A program made the translations under genes and the position numbers. DNA of 64,000 nt, taken from contig CAWFKH010000005.1 in NCBI GenBank assembly GCA_963816355.1, positions 224,001 to 288,000 of the forward strand, given 5' to 3'. Positions 20,701-29,288 of this stretch are shown here, piece after piece (within the stretch, counting starts at the first letter, position 1; each line of letters starts with the position of its first letter). This stretch comes from an uncultured Gemmatimonadales bacterium. Lineage in GTDB: Bacteria > Gemmatimonadota > Gemmatimonadetes > Longimicrobiales > RSA9. Below the pieces are notes generated by a model. The model was not told where the DNA came from. It saw nothing but the letters and a program-made list of their open reading frames with translations, and ran no database searches.

Positions 20701-22639
20701 CCGCCTTGCTCGCCGGATCCGCGCCGCCCTGCACGGCGGTGAACGCGACGGGATTGGGGCTGAGCGAGATGGTGGGCGGCGGCGGCGCCACGGTGAACGT
20801 AACGGCGACGTCCTGCGGCGAGTTGGTCGCGGCGGCGGAGGCGACGTGCACGGTCGCGGTGTAGGTGCCGGCGACGAGGGCGCCGACGCTCGCGGAGAGC
20901 GTGAGCGTGGAAGGCGCGGTGGTGGAGCTGACGCCGGCAATGAGCCAGCCGGTGGCGCCGGGGCCGTACGCGACGCTGGCGCCGAGGCCGTCGAGCGTGC
21001 TGCCGCCGGCGTTGGTGATCGCGGCGTTCTGGCCCGCGGGGTTGGCGCCGCCCTGGATCGCGTTAAACGTCACGGCGTTCGAGCCGAGCGCAATGGCGGC
21101 GCGGGCAGCGGTCGTGACGACGGCCTCGTTCGAGTAGGAGGAACAGCCGAGGTCGTTGCAGGCGCGCAGGCGGTAGTGGTACTCGGTGGACGCGGCGAGG
21201 CCGGCGTCGGCGTACGAAGTGGTGTTGGGCGCGAGCGCGCCGGCGAGGATGGCGAAGGTGCCGGCCGCGCCGGTCTGGCGCTCGAGCTCGAAGCGCGATT
21301 CCGTCGTGCTGTTGTCCTCCCAGGTCACGGTCGCGTGGTCGAACTCGGTGGAGGTGGCGGCGACGTTGGTGGGCGCGGCCGGCGCGAACGCGGGCTTCGG
21401 CGGCGTGGTGGCGGCGGCCTCGTTGGAGAAGGCGGAGCAGCCGGCGGCGTTGCACGCCTGGACGCGGTAGGCGTACGCGGTCTCCGCGGCGACGGTGCGG
21501 TCGTCGTAGGTCGTGGCGCCGGCGGCGACGGCGTCGGCGATGGCGACCCAGTCGCCGGCGGGGCCGGTCCTGCGCTCGACGCGGAAGTGGTCCTCGTTGC
21601 TGCTGGCGTCGTTCCACAGGAGCGATACCACGTCGGTCGCGATGGCGGAGACGCGGAGGTCGGTGGGCGCGGCGGGCGGGAACGCCTGCGTCGTGGCGGT
21701 CGCCTCGGCGGAGAAGGCGGAGCACGCCTGCGCGCTGCACGCCTGCACGCGGTAGTGGTAGTCGGCGCCGGAGGTGACGCCGATGTCGCTGTACGACGTC
21801 GCGTTCGCCGGGAGCGACGGGGCGATCTCGGTCCACTCGGCGGACGCGCCGGCCCGGCGCTCGACACGGAAGCGGGTCTCGTTGGCGCTGTTGTCGACCC
21901 ACGCGAGGTCGATGCGGCTGGCGGAGACGGCGTGGGCCTGCAGGCCCGAGGGCGCGGCCGGCGCGCCGGTGATCAGCGTCAACGTGACGGCGACGTGCGC
22001 GGCGTCGGCCGCCCCGGCGGAGGCGATGCTCACGGTCGCCTGATACGTGCCCGCCGCCAGAGCGGCGACGGCGGCGCGCAGCGTGAGGACGAGCGGCGTC
22101 GTGGTGCTGCTGAGCGAGGTGCTGAGCCAGCCTCCGGGCTGGCCGGCGCCGTAGTCGATCGAGAGGCTGATGCCGCTCAGCTCGCGGTCGCCGTTGGCCC
22201 TCACGTCGACGGTCTGCGCGGAGGGATCGCCGCCGCCGACGCCCGCGCTGAACGCGACCGCCGCCGGCTGGACGGAGAGCGCGGCGCCGGTGACGGTGAC
22301 GGTCGCGTCCCCGGATACGCCGCCGGACGTCGCGGTGATGACGGTCTGCCCGGCACCGACGCCGCGCACGACGCCCCCGCCGTCGACGCTCGCGATCGCG
22401 GGTGCGCCGCTCGACCAGGAGACGGAGCGGTCGGCGAGGGCGTTGCCGGCGTCGTCGCGCACGATGGCCTGCATCTGCAGCGAGCCGCCGACCTCGACGG
22501 CCGCCGGAGAGGGGCGGAGCTCGATGGCGGCGGCGGCCACCACTTCGGTGACGGTGTCCGTGCAGCCGACGGCGATCGAGATCGCGGCGACGGCCGAGAG
22601 GGCGAGGGCCCGCGGCAGGACCCGGCTCAGAGGATGCAT
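17723..22639 (-). CDS. Giant surface lipoprotein (1638 aa): Big_2, 3 FN3 and about 11 BACON-like Ig repeats
   Basis: Start MHPLSRV...IAVGC (lipobox); repeats I(A/S)L...F...TNxGxxxLxxL...GWL...GTYxA...NSPQ. Confidence 0.85.
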   Translation of the reverse strand: MHPLSRVLPRALALSAVAAISIAVGCTDTVTEVVAAAAIELRPSPAAVEVGGSLQMQAIVRDDAGNALADRSVSWSSGAPAIASVDGGGVVRGVGAGQTVITATSGGVSGDATVTVTGAALSVQPAAVAFSAGVGGGDPSAQTVDVRANGDRELSGISLSIDYGAGQPGGWLSTSLSSTTTPLVLTLRAAVAALAAGTYQATVSIASAGAADAAHVAVTLTLITGAPAAPSGLQAHAVSASRIDLAWVDNSANETRFRVERRAGASAEWTEIAPSLPANATSYSDIGVTSGADYHYRVQACSAQACSAFSAEATATTQAFPPAAPTDLRVSAIATDVVSLLWNDASSNEDHFRVERRTGPAGDWVAIADAVAAGATTYDDRTVAAETAYAYRVQACNAAGCSAFSNEAAATTPPKPAFAPAAPTNVAATSTEFDHATVTWEDNSTTESRFELERQTGAAGTFAILAGALAPNTTSYADAGLAASTEYHYRLRACNDLGCSSYSNEAVVTTAARAAIALGSNAVTFNAIQGGANPAGQNAAITNAGGSTLDGLGASVAYGPGATGWLIAGVSSTTAPSTLTLSASVGALVAGTYTATVHVASAAATNSPQDVAVTFTVAPPPPTISLSPNPVAFTAVQGGADPASKAASVTNSGGGSLSGLSVGPVSYAGGEPTGWLPAPVLGAGTAPTTVTFSPVTGALSPGTYHASVQVFSTAPNVTNSPAALNVTFQVAPAAPTIAIDPTAIDFTVTKGQPDPATRTVAVTNAGVGTLDNLSTSIVYDAAQPTGWLAAPIGPTTAPATVTLSASAATLDPGTYGATVNVASTATGVTNSPQPIRVTFAVAAPPPTIALAPNPATFSATLGAANPADVVVDVTNSAGFGSVLDGLSLGTIAFDAGETAGWLSANLPGTTAPATITLHANIAALGAGTYHAHVPVQSSAVGVTNSPQTLDVTLTVTQPPPSIALSPNPAAFTAVLGGADPADIPVSVTNGTPLSPTLDGLTISATTYPPGEPTGWLTKTTLAAGTAPTTITLGVTQASASAPLAAGVTYHASLQVFSSATGVTNSPQTLAVTLTLSAPPVIALGAATATFSATAGGANPPPQGIPVTNSGGSTLDKLSVGTITYGASEPTGWLDAAVGSTAPTNVTLTPNIMGLAAGTYHAAVPVASAADGVTNSPQTVDVTLTVNAAPAPSIALASSTAGFGAVETGADPTPQTIAVTNSGTGSLDNLSVGVISYGASQPTGWLLAAVGASAPTDLTLTPSTGALPAGTYTATVPVVSADPGVTNSPQPVAVTFTVTASPVIAISDAAPAFTTSAGANPADQTITVTNGGGSTLDNLSLSAVTYDQPAAAGWLTPTLQATAANPGADITLSVDVVTGAIPAGTYTAHFDVASAANGVANSPQTVDVTLTVNAAPAPTIALASSTAGFGAVETGADPTPQTIAVTNSGTGSLDNLSVGVISYGASQPTGWLLAAVGASAPTDLTLTPSTGALPAGTYTATVPVVSADPGVTNSPQPVAVTFTVTASPVIAISDAAPAFTTSAGANPADQTITVTNGGGSTLDNLSLSAVTYDQPAAAGWLTPTLQATAANPGADITLSVDVVTGAIPAGTYTAHFDVASAANGVANSPQTVDVTLTVN
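17727..19147. repeat. 678-bp intragenic tandem duplication (2 copies plus a partial third)
   Basis: Copies start at 17727, 18405 and 19083; only about 4 mismatches seen between the two full copies. Confidence 0.95.
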
Positions 22640-22650
22640 CGGCGGACGCT

Positions 22651-23895
22651 TCAGAAGCGCAGTCGGAGGAGACGCAGCCGGACGCCGCCATCGGGGCCGG
22701 CGTCGACGGCGAGCGAGAGCGGCGCGGGCGCGTCGAGCGCGGCGCCGAGGCGCTGGCCCTCCGCGGCGCTGCGCCGCGAGCGCGCGTGGGTGAATCCCTC
22801 GACGGCGGCGATGATGGTCGTCGCGGCCGCCACGCCGACGGCGGGCAGCAGGTAGGGACGTTCCGTCGTCTCGCCGCCCCGCTGGTCGGGGGGGCAGACG
22901 CCGTTCGTCGGCACGCCGAGGCAGCGCACCTTGACGCGCTTCGTGAGCACGCCGAAGGCGACGCCGCCCGCGGCGACGCCGAGCACGAGAACGCCGCCGA
23001 CGGGCCGGCCGGTGCGGAACTGCGCGAGTCCCGGCACGATCAGGCCGCCGAGCAGCACGCCCCCCGGCGCGGGTCCGAGCGCGCCGGGCGTGCGCGGCAG
23101 CACGGCGAGGGGCGGCCGCAGGCGCGCGGCGACGTCGGCGCTGTCGGGCGCGCCGGGCGCCAGCGTGAGGTAGGCGCGGAAGTCGTCGGCGGCGGCCTCC
23201 GTACGGCCGAGGCTGTCTCGCACGACGCCCCGGTCGTAGTACGGCTCCGGCCACTCGGGCGCGCTGCGGATCGCGGCGGTGAAGGCGACGTCGGCGCGAT
23301 CGAGGCGGCCGGCATCGAACGCCGACACGCCGGTGCGGAAGCTCTGCAGCGCGGCGGCGGGCGCGACCGGGCCGGAGCGCGAGGAGAGCGACGTCACGCG
23401 ATCGCGCACGTCCGGCGCGTCGGGGCTCTGCGGCGCGAGCGCGAGGAAGCGGCAATACTGCGCCAGGGCGTCCCGGGCGCTGCCGGCCTGCTCGAGGACG
23501 CGGCCGAGGTGATAGGCGACATCCTCGCTCGTCGGGTCGAGGCGCGCAGCGCGCTGCAGCAGGTCGCGCGCGCCGCCGAGGTCGCCGACGATCGACGCTT
23601 GGGCGGCGGCGTCGGAGAGGCGGCGGGCTTCGGCTGCGTCTCCGGGAGCGGGGGCGGCGGGCCGCGCGCTGTCGGTGGGGCACGCCTCCACCGGCCCGCT
23701 CGAGAGCTGTCGCTTCAGCGGCAGGCTCTGCGCGGCGGCGGGCGTGGCGGCGGCGCCGGCGAACGCCGCGACGAGCGCCACCGCCGCCGCGCCGGCGAGC
23801 GCGCAGGGGCCGGGGCGGCGGGCCCGGCGCGTGCGGCGGGCGCGGCGGGTGCGGCGCGGCGCGGACGCCCCCGAGGCGAAGCTGTGCTGACGCAT
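22651..23895 (-). CDS. Secreted TPR protein with C-terminal membrane segment ending in Phe
   Basis: Signal ...AAAQ; TPR helices (AYHLGRVLE, PYYDRGVV); LIVPGLAQFRTG (DUF5683-like); ends RLLRLRF. Confidence 0.75.
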   Translation of the reverse strand: MRQHSFASGASAPRRTRRARRTRRARRPGPCALAGAAAVALVAAFAGAAATPAAAQSLPLKRQLSSGPVEACPTDSARPAAPAPGDAAEARRLSDAAAQASIVGDLGGARDLLQRAARLDPTSEDVAYHLGRVLEQAGSARDALAQYCRFLALAPQSPDAPDVRDRVTSLSSRSGPVAPAAALQSFRTGVSAFDAGRLDRADVAFTAAIRSAPEWPEPYYDRGVVRDSLGRTEAAADDFRAYLTLAPGAPDSADVAARLRPPLAVLPRTPGALGPAPGGVLLGGLIVPGLAQFRTGRPVGGVLVLGVAAGGVAFGVLTKRVKVRCLGVPTNGVCPPDQRGGETTERPYLLPAVGVAAATTIIAAVEGFTHARSRRSAAEGQRLGAALDAPAPLSLAVDAGPDGGVRLRLLRLRF

Positions 23896-23907
23896 GCCGA
23901 CTCTCCG

Positions 23908-26900
23908 CTAACCGCTGCGCCGGGCGGCGCGCACGGGCTGCGCGCGGTCGGCGCGGCTGCCGTCGCCCAGCTGGCCATCGACGTTGTATCCCCAGCAGTA
24001 GTCGACGCCGTCGCCCGTGGTTCCGCAAGTGTGCGCGCCGCTGGAGTAGAGCGCGCCGAAGCGGAGGCCGCCGGCGACGGGGGTCGGCCGCGCGCGATCC
24101 TGCGTCGTGCCGTCGCCGAGCTGGCCGTGGACGTTGCGGCCCCAGCAGTAGGCGACGCCGCTGCGGTCGACGCCGCAGGTGTGGACGCTGCCGGCGACGA
24201 GCCGCGTGAAGCGGAGGTCGCCGGCTACGGGGGTCGGCGCGGCCCGGTTGGCGGTCGTGCCATCGCCGAGCTGGCCGTAGGTGTTCTGGCCCCAGCAGAA
24301 GGCGCGGCCGTCGGCCGCGAGGCCGCACGTGTGGGAGGCGCCGGCGACGATCGCGCTGAAGGTGTGGCCGCCGGCGACGCGGACGGGGCGGTCGGCGTCG
24401 GCCGCGGCGCCGGTGCCGAGCTGGCCGAACGCGTTGCGGCCCCAGCAGTAGGCGTTGCCGGTGGTCGCCAGCGCACAGGTGTGGGACCAGCCAAGCGCGA
24501 GCGCGCGCAGCGGCGGCGCGCCGGCGACGCGGACGGGCGAGGCGTGGTTGCGGCGCGTGCCGTCGCCGAGCTGGCCGTTCACGTTGTTGCCCCAGCAGTA
24601 GCCGGCGCCGTCGTAGTCGATCGCGCACGCGTGGGACGCGCCGACGGCGATCTGCGTCAGGCCGGCGACGCCGTCGAGCTGGACGGGGCGGTCGTGGCGG
24701 GTCGTGCCGCCGTCGCCGAGCTGGCCGTCGCCGTTGGCGCCCCAGCAGTAGCCGGTGCCATCGACGCCGATGCCGCAGGTGAAGGAGAGGCCGGCGGCGA
24801 GGCGGGCGAGCCGCAGGTTTCCCACGACCGCCGACGGCGCCGCGCGACGCGACGCGGAGCCGGTGCCGAGCTGGCCCTGGTCGCCACCGCCCCAGCACGT
24901 CGCGGTGCCGTCGGCTCGCAGGCGGCAGGTGTGCGTGCCGCCCGAGGCGAGGCCGGCGCGCACGGCCAGCGCGGGCGGCGCGGCTTCCGCGCGGATGCGC
25001 ACCGGGCGGGCCCCTTCGGCGACCACGCGCAGCGCGTTCGTTCCGGGCCGGCCGAGGGTCCAACGCGCGCGTGCGACGCCCTGCGCGTCCGTCCTGGCGG
25101 AGGCCGGCGTGACGCGGCCGCCGCCCGCGGCCACGGCGAAGGCGACGTCCGCGCCTTCGACTGGCTGGCCGCCGGCGTCGGCCACGCTGACGGCGACGGG
25201 CCGCTCGAGCCGCTGCCCGGCGACGCCGGCGACCGCGGTGTCGCCGATCACGCGCATGCTGGCGGCGCGCGCCGCGCCACGACTCGCCGTGAACATCGCT
25301 TCGCGCAGGCTCGTCCCCTCTACGAGCGCGATCGCGGCGTCCAGCTGGCCGGCGCGCCCCAGGCGCCACTCCGTGCGCGCCTCGCCGGCGGCGTTCGTGC
25401 GCGCCCGCTCCGGAGACAGCGCCCCCGTACCCGCGACCACTCGGAACACGACGGGGACGCCGCCGACCGGCCGGCCCGACGCGTCGAGCACGCGCACCGT
25501 CAGCGAATCCGGGAGCGGCGCGCCCGCCGCGCCCGCCTGCTGATCGCCGCCGGCCGCCTCGATCCGCGCCGGCACCGCCACGCCGGCGGACGGAGACCCC
25601 GCGCCCGCTGCTTCATCGGGCCGCGGCGCCCCGGCAGGGGTCGCGCTCCCATCTGCGAGCGGCACGTCGCCGGCGGCCACGGCGGCCACGCCGCCTGCGC
25701 TGGCCGCACCGTTCGCGCCGGCCACGCCGTTCGAGACGCCCGCGCCCTCCCCGCCGGACGCGCGATCGCCCACCCCGCCGGAGAAGCGGTCGTCCCCCCC
25801 GCCGGTCGTCCGCGTCATCGCCTCTCCGCTCGAGATCTGGATGGGGCCGCCGCGCGAGTCCGAACCACGCAGGAAGAGCATGCCGGCGGCGACGCCGAGC
25901 GCGCCGAGGACGCCGACCGTCGCGAGCACGCGGGTGCGGCGCCGCCCGCGCGCGAGCCGCGGCACGACGAAGCGCGCACCCACGTCCAGCCGTGCGGTCT
26001 CCTCGCCGCCGTCGTCGTCCCCTCCTTCGGGCTCGAACACGAACGGCGAGAAGATGGTGAGACGGACGACGAGATCGCCGTGCCCCCCTTCGGGACGCGG
26101 CAGGCCCGCGCCGGCGACCCGCACCGTATCGCCGAAGCCGCTGCCGGGCGGCACGTCGAGCAGGACGGAGCCATCGAGCGTCTCGATCTCGCGCGTGCCA
26201 CCCAGAGTGGCCTGGCGCTCCGAGATCGGCAGGTCCATGTACAGATCGGCGCCATCGCGCGCGAAGAGCGGATGTGGCTCGACCTCCACCTCCACCGTGA
26301 CGAGTGGGCCGGCGGCGGCCGAATGATCCCCGCGTCGCGCCTCCACGCGCAGCACCTCGCCGTCCTCCACGCCAGGCGGCAGCGTCACTTCGAGCGGGAG
26401 TAGGCCGGGATCCACGCCGCTCCCGGCGCACGTCCAGCACGCGCGGAACGGGCGCTTCCCGGCGCCGCCGCAGCGCGAGCACACCACCTCGTCCTCCGCG
26501 TCGGGCCCGAGGAGGAAGGCCCGCACGTGACGGACACGGCCCGACCCTCCGCACTCGACGCAGCTCGTGCGCACCGCGCTCGGCACTTCCCCGCTGCCCT
26601 CGCAGTCCGGACACGGAAGCGCAATGCGGTGCCGCCCCCCCGTCTGGACGTCCCTCAGCGTGATGCGGACGGGGATGCGGATCTCTCTCGCGTCGTCGGC
26701 GCTCGGGCGCTCGTCGATGGGCGCCGCCACGAGCGCCGCGTCCGTCGCTGGCGATGGCGGCGAAGCCGGTTCCGACGACGGCTTCGTCGGCCGCGACGAA
26801 GACGCCACCGACTGCGACGAAGACGCCGCGGGCCGCGACGGAGGCGCCGCGGGCCGCGACGGAGACGCCGCCGGCTGCGACGAGGACGCCACCGGCCGCG

Positions 26901-27501
26901 ACGAGGACGCCACCGGCCGCGACGGCGCGCCGGCGGATCGCGCTCGCGACGGCCGCGGCCGCTTGCCGCTGGATCGTGACGGCGTCCCGGGCGATCGCTG
27001 CGCCGGTGCGGTCGCGTCCGCGTCCTCCGCGCGCGCGCCGCCACGCCCTGCGCCGCGAGGCCTGGCGTCGCGCGCGGCCGCAGCGCGGCTCTCGGTGCCC
27101 GGAGGCGCCGCTTCTTCCGGATCCGGGTCGGAGGCCGAGGCACCGGCGTCGCCCCTCGCGGGATGCGCCACGCCGGCGACCGGGCTGGTGAAGCCGCTGA
27201 AGTGCTGCACGAAGAGCGCGAGCGCCGCCGAAACGCTGAGATCCTCCTCGTGCCCGGTGGCGAACTCGTCGATCCCGCGCCAGCCGAAGCGATCGTAGAT
27301 GGCGCGCAGGCGCTCGTCCCGCAGGATTTCGAACGCCTCCGTGGCGAGACGAAACCGCTCTTCCGCGTCGGCCGAGTCGGGATTCAGGTCGGGATGGTAG
27401 CGAAGCGCGACACGCCGGAAGGCCTTCTTGATGGCCTCCGCCGATGCGTCGCGTCGGACGCCGAGCGTCTCGTAGCAGTCGTGCTTCGCAGAAGGGGGCA
27501 T
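23908..27501 (-). CDS. Fusion: DnaJ (J domain, Zn finger, C-terminal domain) - TM - two Big_1-like Ig - 7 RCC1 repeats
   Basis: YHPDLNP; four CxxCxGx[12 protein letters not shown]...[25 protein letters not shown]; seven (H/F)xC...CWG...GQLG repeats. Confidence 0.85.
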   Translation of the reverse strand: MPPSAKHDCYETLGVRRDASAEAIKKAFRRVALRYHPDLNPDSADAEERFRLATEAFEILRDERLRAIYDRFGWRGIDEFATGHEEDLSVSAALALFVQHFSGFTSPVAGVAHPARGDAGASASDPDPEEAAPPGTESRAAAARDARPRGAGRGGARAEDADATAPAQRSPGTPSRSSGKRPRPSRARSAGAPSRPVASSSRPVASSSQPAASPSRPAAPPSRPAASSSQSVASSSRPTKPSSEPASPPSPATDAALVAAPIDERPSADDAREIRIPVRITLRDVQTGGRHRIALPCPDCEGSGEVPSAVRTSCVECGGSGRVRHVRAFLLGPDAEDEVVCSRCGGAGKRPFRACWTCAGSGVDPGLLPLEVTLPPGVEDGEVLRVEARRGDHSAAAGPLVTVEVEVEPHPLFARDGADLYMDLPISERQATLGGTREIETLDGSVLLDVPPGSGFGDTVRVAGAGLPRPEGGHGDLVVRLTIFSPFVFEPEGGDDDGGEETARLDVGARFVVPRLARGRRRTRVLATVGVLGALGVAAGMLFLRGSDSRGGPIQISSGEAMTRTTGGGDDRFSGGVGDRASGGEGAGVSNGVAGANGAASAGGVAAVAAGDVPLADGSATPAGAPRPDEAAGAGSPSAGVAVPARIEAAGGDQQAGAAGAPLPDSLTVRVLDASGRPVGGVPVVFRVVAGTGALSPERARTNAAGEARTEWRLGRAGQLDAAIALVEGTSLREAMFTASRGAARAASMRVIGDTAVAGVAGQRLERPVAVSVADAGGQPVEGADVAFAVAAGGGRVTPASARTDAQGVARARWTLGRPGTNALRVVAEGARPVRIRAEAAPPALAVRAGLASGGTHTCRLRADGTATCWGGGDQGQLGTGSASRRAAPSAVVGNLRLARLAAGLSFTCGIGVDGTGYCWGANGDGQLGDGGTTRHDRPVQLDGVAGLTQIAVGASHACAIDYDGAGYCWGNNVNGQLGDGTRRNHASPVRVAGAPPLRALALGWSHTCALATTGNAYCWGRNAFGQLGTGAAADADRPVRVAGGHTFSAIVAGASHTCGLAADGRAFCWGQNTYGQLGDGTTANRAAPTPVAGDLRFTRLVAGSVHTCGVDRSGVAYCWGRNVHGQLGDGTTQDRARPTPVAGGLRFGALYSSGAHTCGTTGDGVDYCWGYNVDGQLGDGSRADRAQPVRAARRSG

Positions 27502-27645
27502 CCTGGGCTCCCCGCGGGACTGGTGGGAGGCGGCGCCGCTGCGGCGGTTCCCACGACAGGCCAACTCCCTTTACCTCAAATAGATGGGGTATTCTTCAGG
27601 AAGTTAACCCGGCCGTGTAGGCGCACAACCCCCGCGCTTCGTCGG

Positions 27646-27718
27646 GCTGCTCTGCGCGCCGCATCACGCTGCTCTGCGCGCCGCGTCACGCCGCTCTGCG
27701 CACCGCATCACGCTGCTC
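27646..27718. repeat. 22-bp tandem repeat, 3.3 copies (GCTGCTCTGCGCGCCGCATCAC)
   Basis: Units start at 27646, 27668, 27690 and 27712. Confidence 0.85.
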
Positions 27719-27747
27719 ACCGCGACGCCGCACCTGACAGACTGCGC

Positions 27748-28092
27748 TCAGATCGTGAGACGGTCGCGGATGTAGCGGCGGGCTCGGCTCGGCCGACGGA
27801 TGTCGGGAGGCTCGTGTCCCGCGAGGCGCTCCCACGTTCCGGCCGCACCGCGCCGCGCGAAGACACGTGCGATCCCGACACCCATTCCGACCACGGCGCC
27901 CCAGGCGAGGGCCGCGGGCCAGTCGGTGAACGGATCCGCCGGATTGCGCGGGGGATCCTCGTGGCGGAACCTCTGCCACCCCTTCTCGAGCACCTGACGC
28001 ACGGCCACTCCGATCACGACAGCCGCCGCCGTAGAGCTCGCCGTCCAGAGCAGCCGCGTCGCGCGGTCGTGGCCGGTCACGAATCGCTTCAT
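27748..28092 (-). CDS. DUF4235-like membrane protein
   Basis: RBS GAAGGAGG; W...DPPRNPADP...WPAALAW. Confidence 0.8.
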   Translation of the reverse strand: MKRFVTGHDRATRLLWTASSTAAAVVIGVAVRQVLEKGWQRFRHEDPPRNPADPFTDWPAALAWGAVVGMGVGIARVFARRGAAGTWERLAGHEPPDIRRPSRARRYIRDRLTI

Positions 28093-28102
28093 AATGCCTC
28101 CT

Positions 28103-29086
28103 TCACCGGCTGCCCCGTGCCGCAAGCGGAATGCCGCCCCGCTTCCCTGCGCCACGAGTGCGGAGCGGAAGCCAGCGACGGAGCCACGGAATGCGCCCGA
28201 ACGAGGTCGAGGGCGCCCGCCCCAGCACGGCCTTGAGCGAGGACCAGCGAGGCCGGGGTGCCGACGTCAGCTCGAGCAGCGATACCTCCGGTCGCGCGAA
28301 GAGCCGCGCCGGCAGACCGACCGTGCCGACTCCCCGCGAGGTGTACACCTGCGTCCATGGGCGACGCCTCAATCCCTCTTCGTACAGATCGCCATGATCC
28401 GCAGACGTGACCGGCGCACCGAGGATCGGAAGCCTGAGCTGACCTCCGTGCGTATGCCCGCTGAGAACGAGGTCGACGCGGTCGCAGGCCCGGCGGGAGC
28501 GCTCCGCCTGGTCCGGCGAGTGGGCCAGGAGGATCGTGAAGTCGCGCGCCTCGGGTGGCGGTGTCACCAGACGTGGCCGTCCCCGGTAGTAATCGTCGAC
28601 GCCGGCGATGCACAGCCGTGCGCCGTGCACGTCGATCAGCCGGGAACGGTTCGTCAGGTCGTGCATCGTGCGGTGCGCGGAGACGGCGCTCTTCCACCGA
28701 CCGATGCCCACCACGTAATCATGATTCCCCGGCACGGCATACACGCCGAGCGGCGCATCGATCGCGCTCAGCGCATCCATGACGCCGGTGAAGTCCGGCG
28801 CGTCGTCGACGGCGAAGTCCCCGGTGATCGCGACCAGATCCGGATGCTGCGCTCGAGCAAGCTGCGCCGCACGGCGGATGAGAGAGAGCGGTGTCGAGCC
28901 GCCCGCGTGAAGGTCCGTCAGGAGCGCGATACGCAAGCCCTCGAGCGGCTCCGGGAGCGTCGGCGCGTGTATGCGAACACGGCGGAGCTGCAGCCAGCGC
29001 GGCTCGATCGCGAAGGCGTATGTGAGCAGCATCGCCCCCGCCGCGACGGTGGCGCCCACCGCGAGCGCGGCCGAACGGCGTCGCAT
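28103..29086 (-). CDS. Metallophosphoesterase (YkuE/YaeI-like)
   Basis: IEPRWL, LTDLH, ITGDF, PGNHD, LAHSPD, LSGHTHGGQ, SRGVG. Confidence 0.9.
   Translation of the reverse strand: MRRRSAALAVGATVAAGAMLLTYAFAIEPRWLQLRRVRIHAPTLPEPLEGLRIALLTDLHAGGSTPLSLIRRAAQLARAQHPDLVAITGDFAVDDAPDFTGVMDALSAIDAPLGVYAVPGNHDYVVGIGRWKSAVSAHRTMHDLTNRSRLIDVHGARLCIAGVDDYYRGRPRLVTPPPEARDFTILLAHSPDQAERSRRACDRVDLVLSGHTHGGQLRLPILGAPVTSADHGDLYEEGLRRRPWTQVYTSRGVGTVGLPARLFARPEVSLLELTSAPRPRWSSLKAVLGRAPSTSFGRIPWLRRWLPLRTRGAGKRGGIPLAARGSR
28122..28136 (-). promoter_or_regulatory. sigma-54 promoter
   Basis: Minus strand CGGCATTCCGCTTGC, about 30 nt upstream of the DUF4235 ATG. Confidence 0.6.
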
Positions 29087-29154
29087 GGCGCTTTCCGTCG
29101 GATGCGCGGCGGCGGACGTCGTGTGGCGATCGGATCCCATCGCATTTCGCCCGC

Positions 29155-29169
29155 GCAAGCGCCGGGCCA
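29155..29169 (-). promoter_or_regulatory. sigma-54 promoter
   Basis: Minus strand TGGCCCGGCGCTTGC, about 70 nt upstream of ATG 29086. Confidence 0.6.
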
Positions 29170-29288
29170 GCATGCCGCTCACCAGGACACTCCGCGCACC
29201 GCTGCCAACTTGGCGGCCCGGCGGGCCCGCGCCGAAATGGGCGGCCCCCAGCCGCGCCATGCGGGTGTCCGTTCTCTGCGGTCCGTCC

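Noticed and set aside
17723..25369. 2548-aa ORF
   Set aside because: The first 910 codons are an off-frame shadow of the RCC1 and TPR genes; the real start with lipobox is at 22639
26787..26925. 21-bp repeats inside the dnaJ fusion as a separate element
   Set aside because: In-frame low-complexity linker (PVASSSR-type)
27581..27610. sigma-32 promoter (CCCCATCTA) before the dnaJ fusion
   Set aside because: No correctly spaced CTTGAA -35; RpoH is not expected outside Proteobacteria
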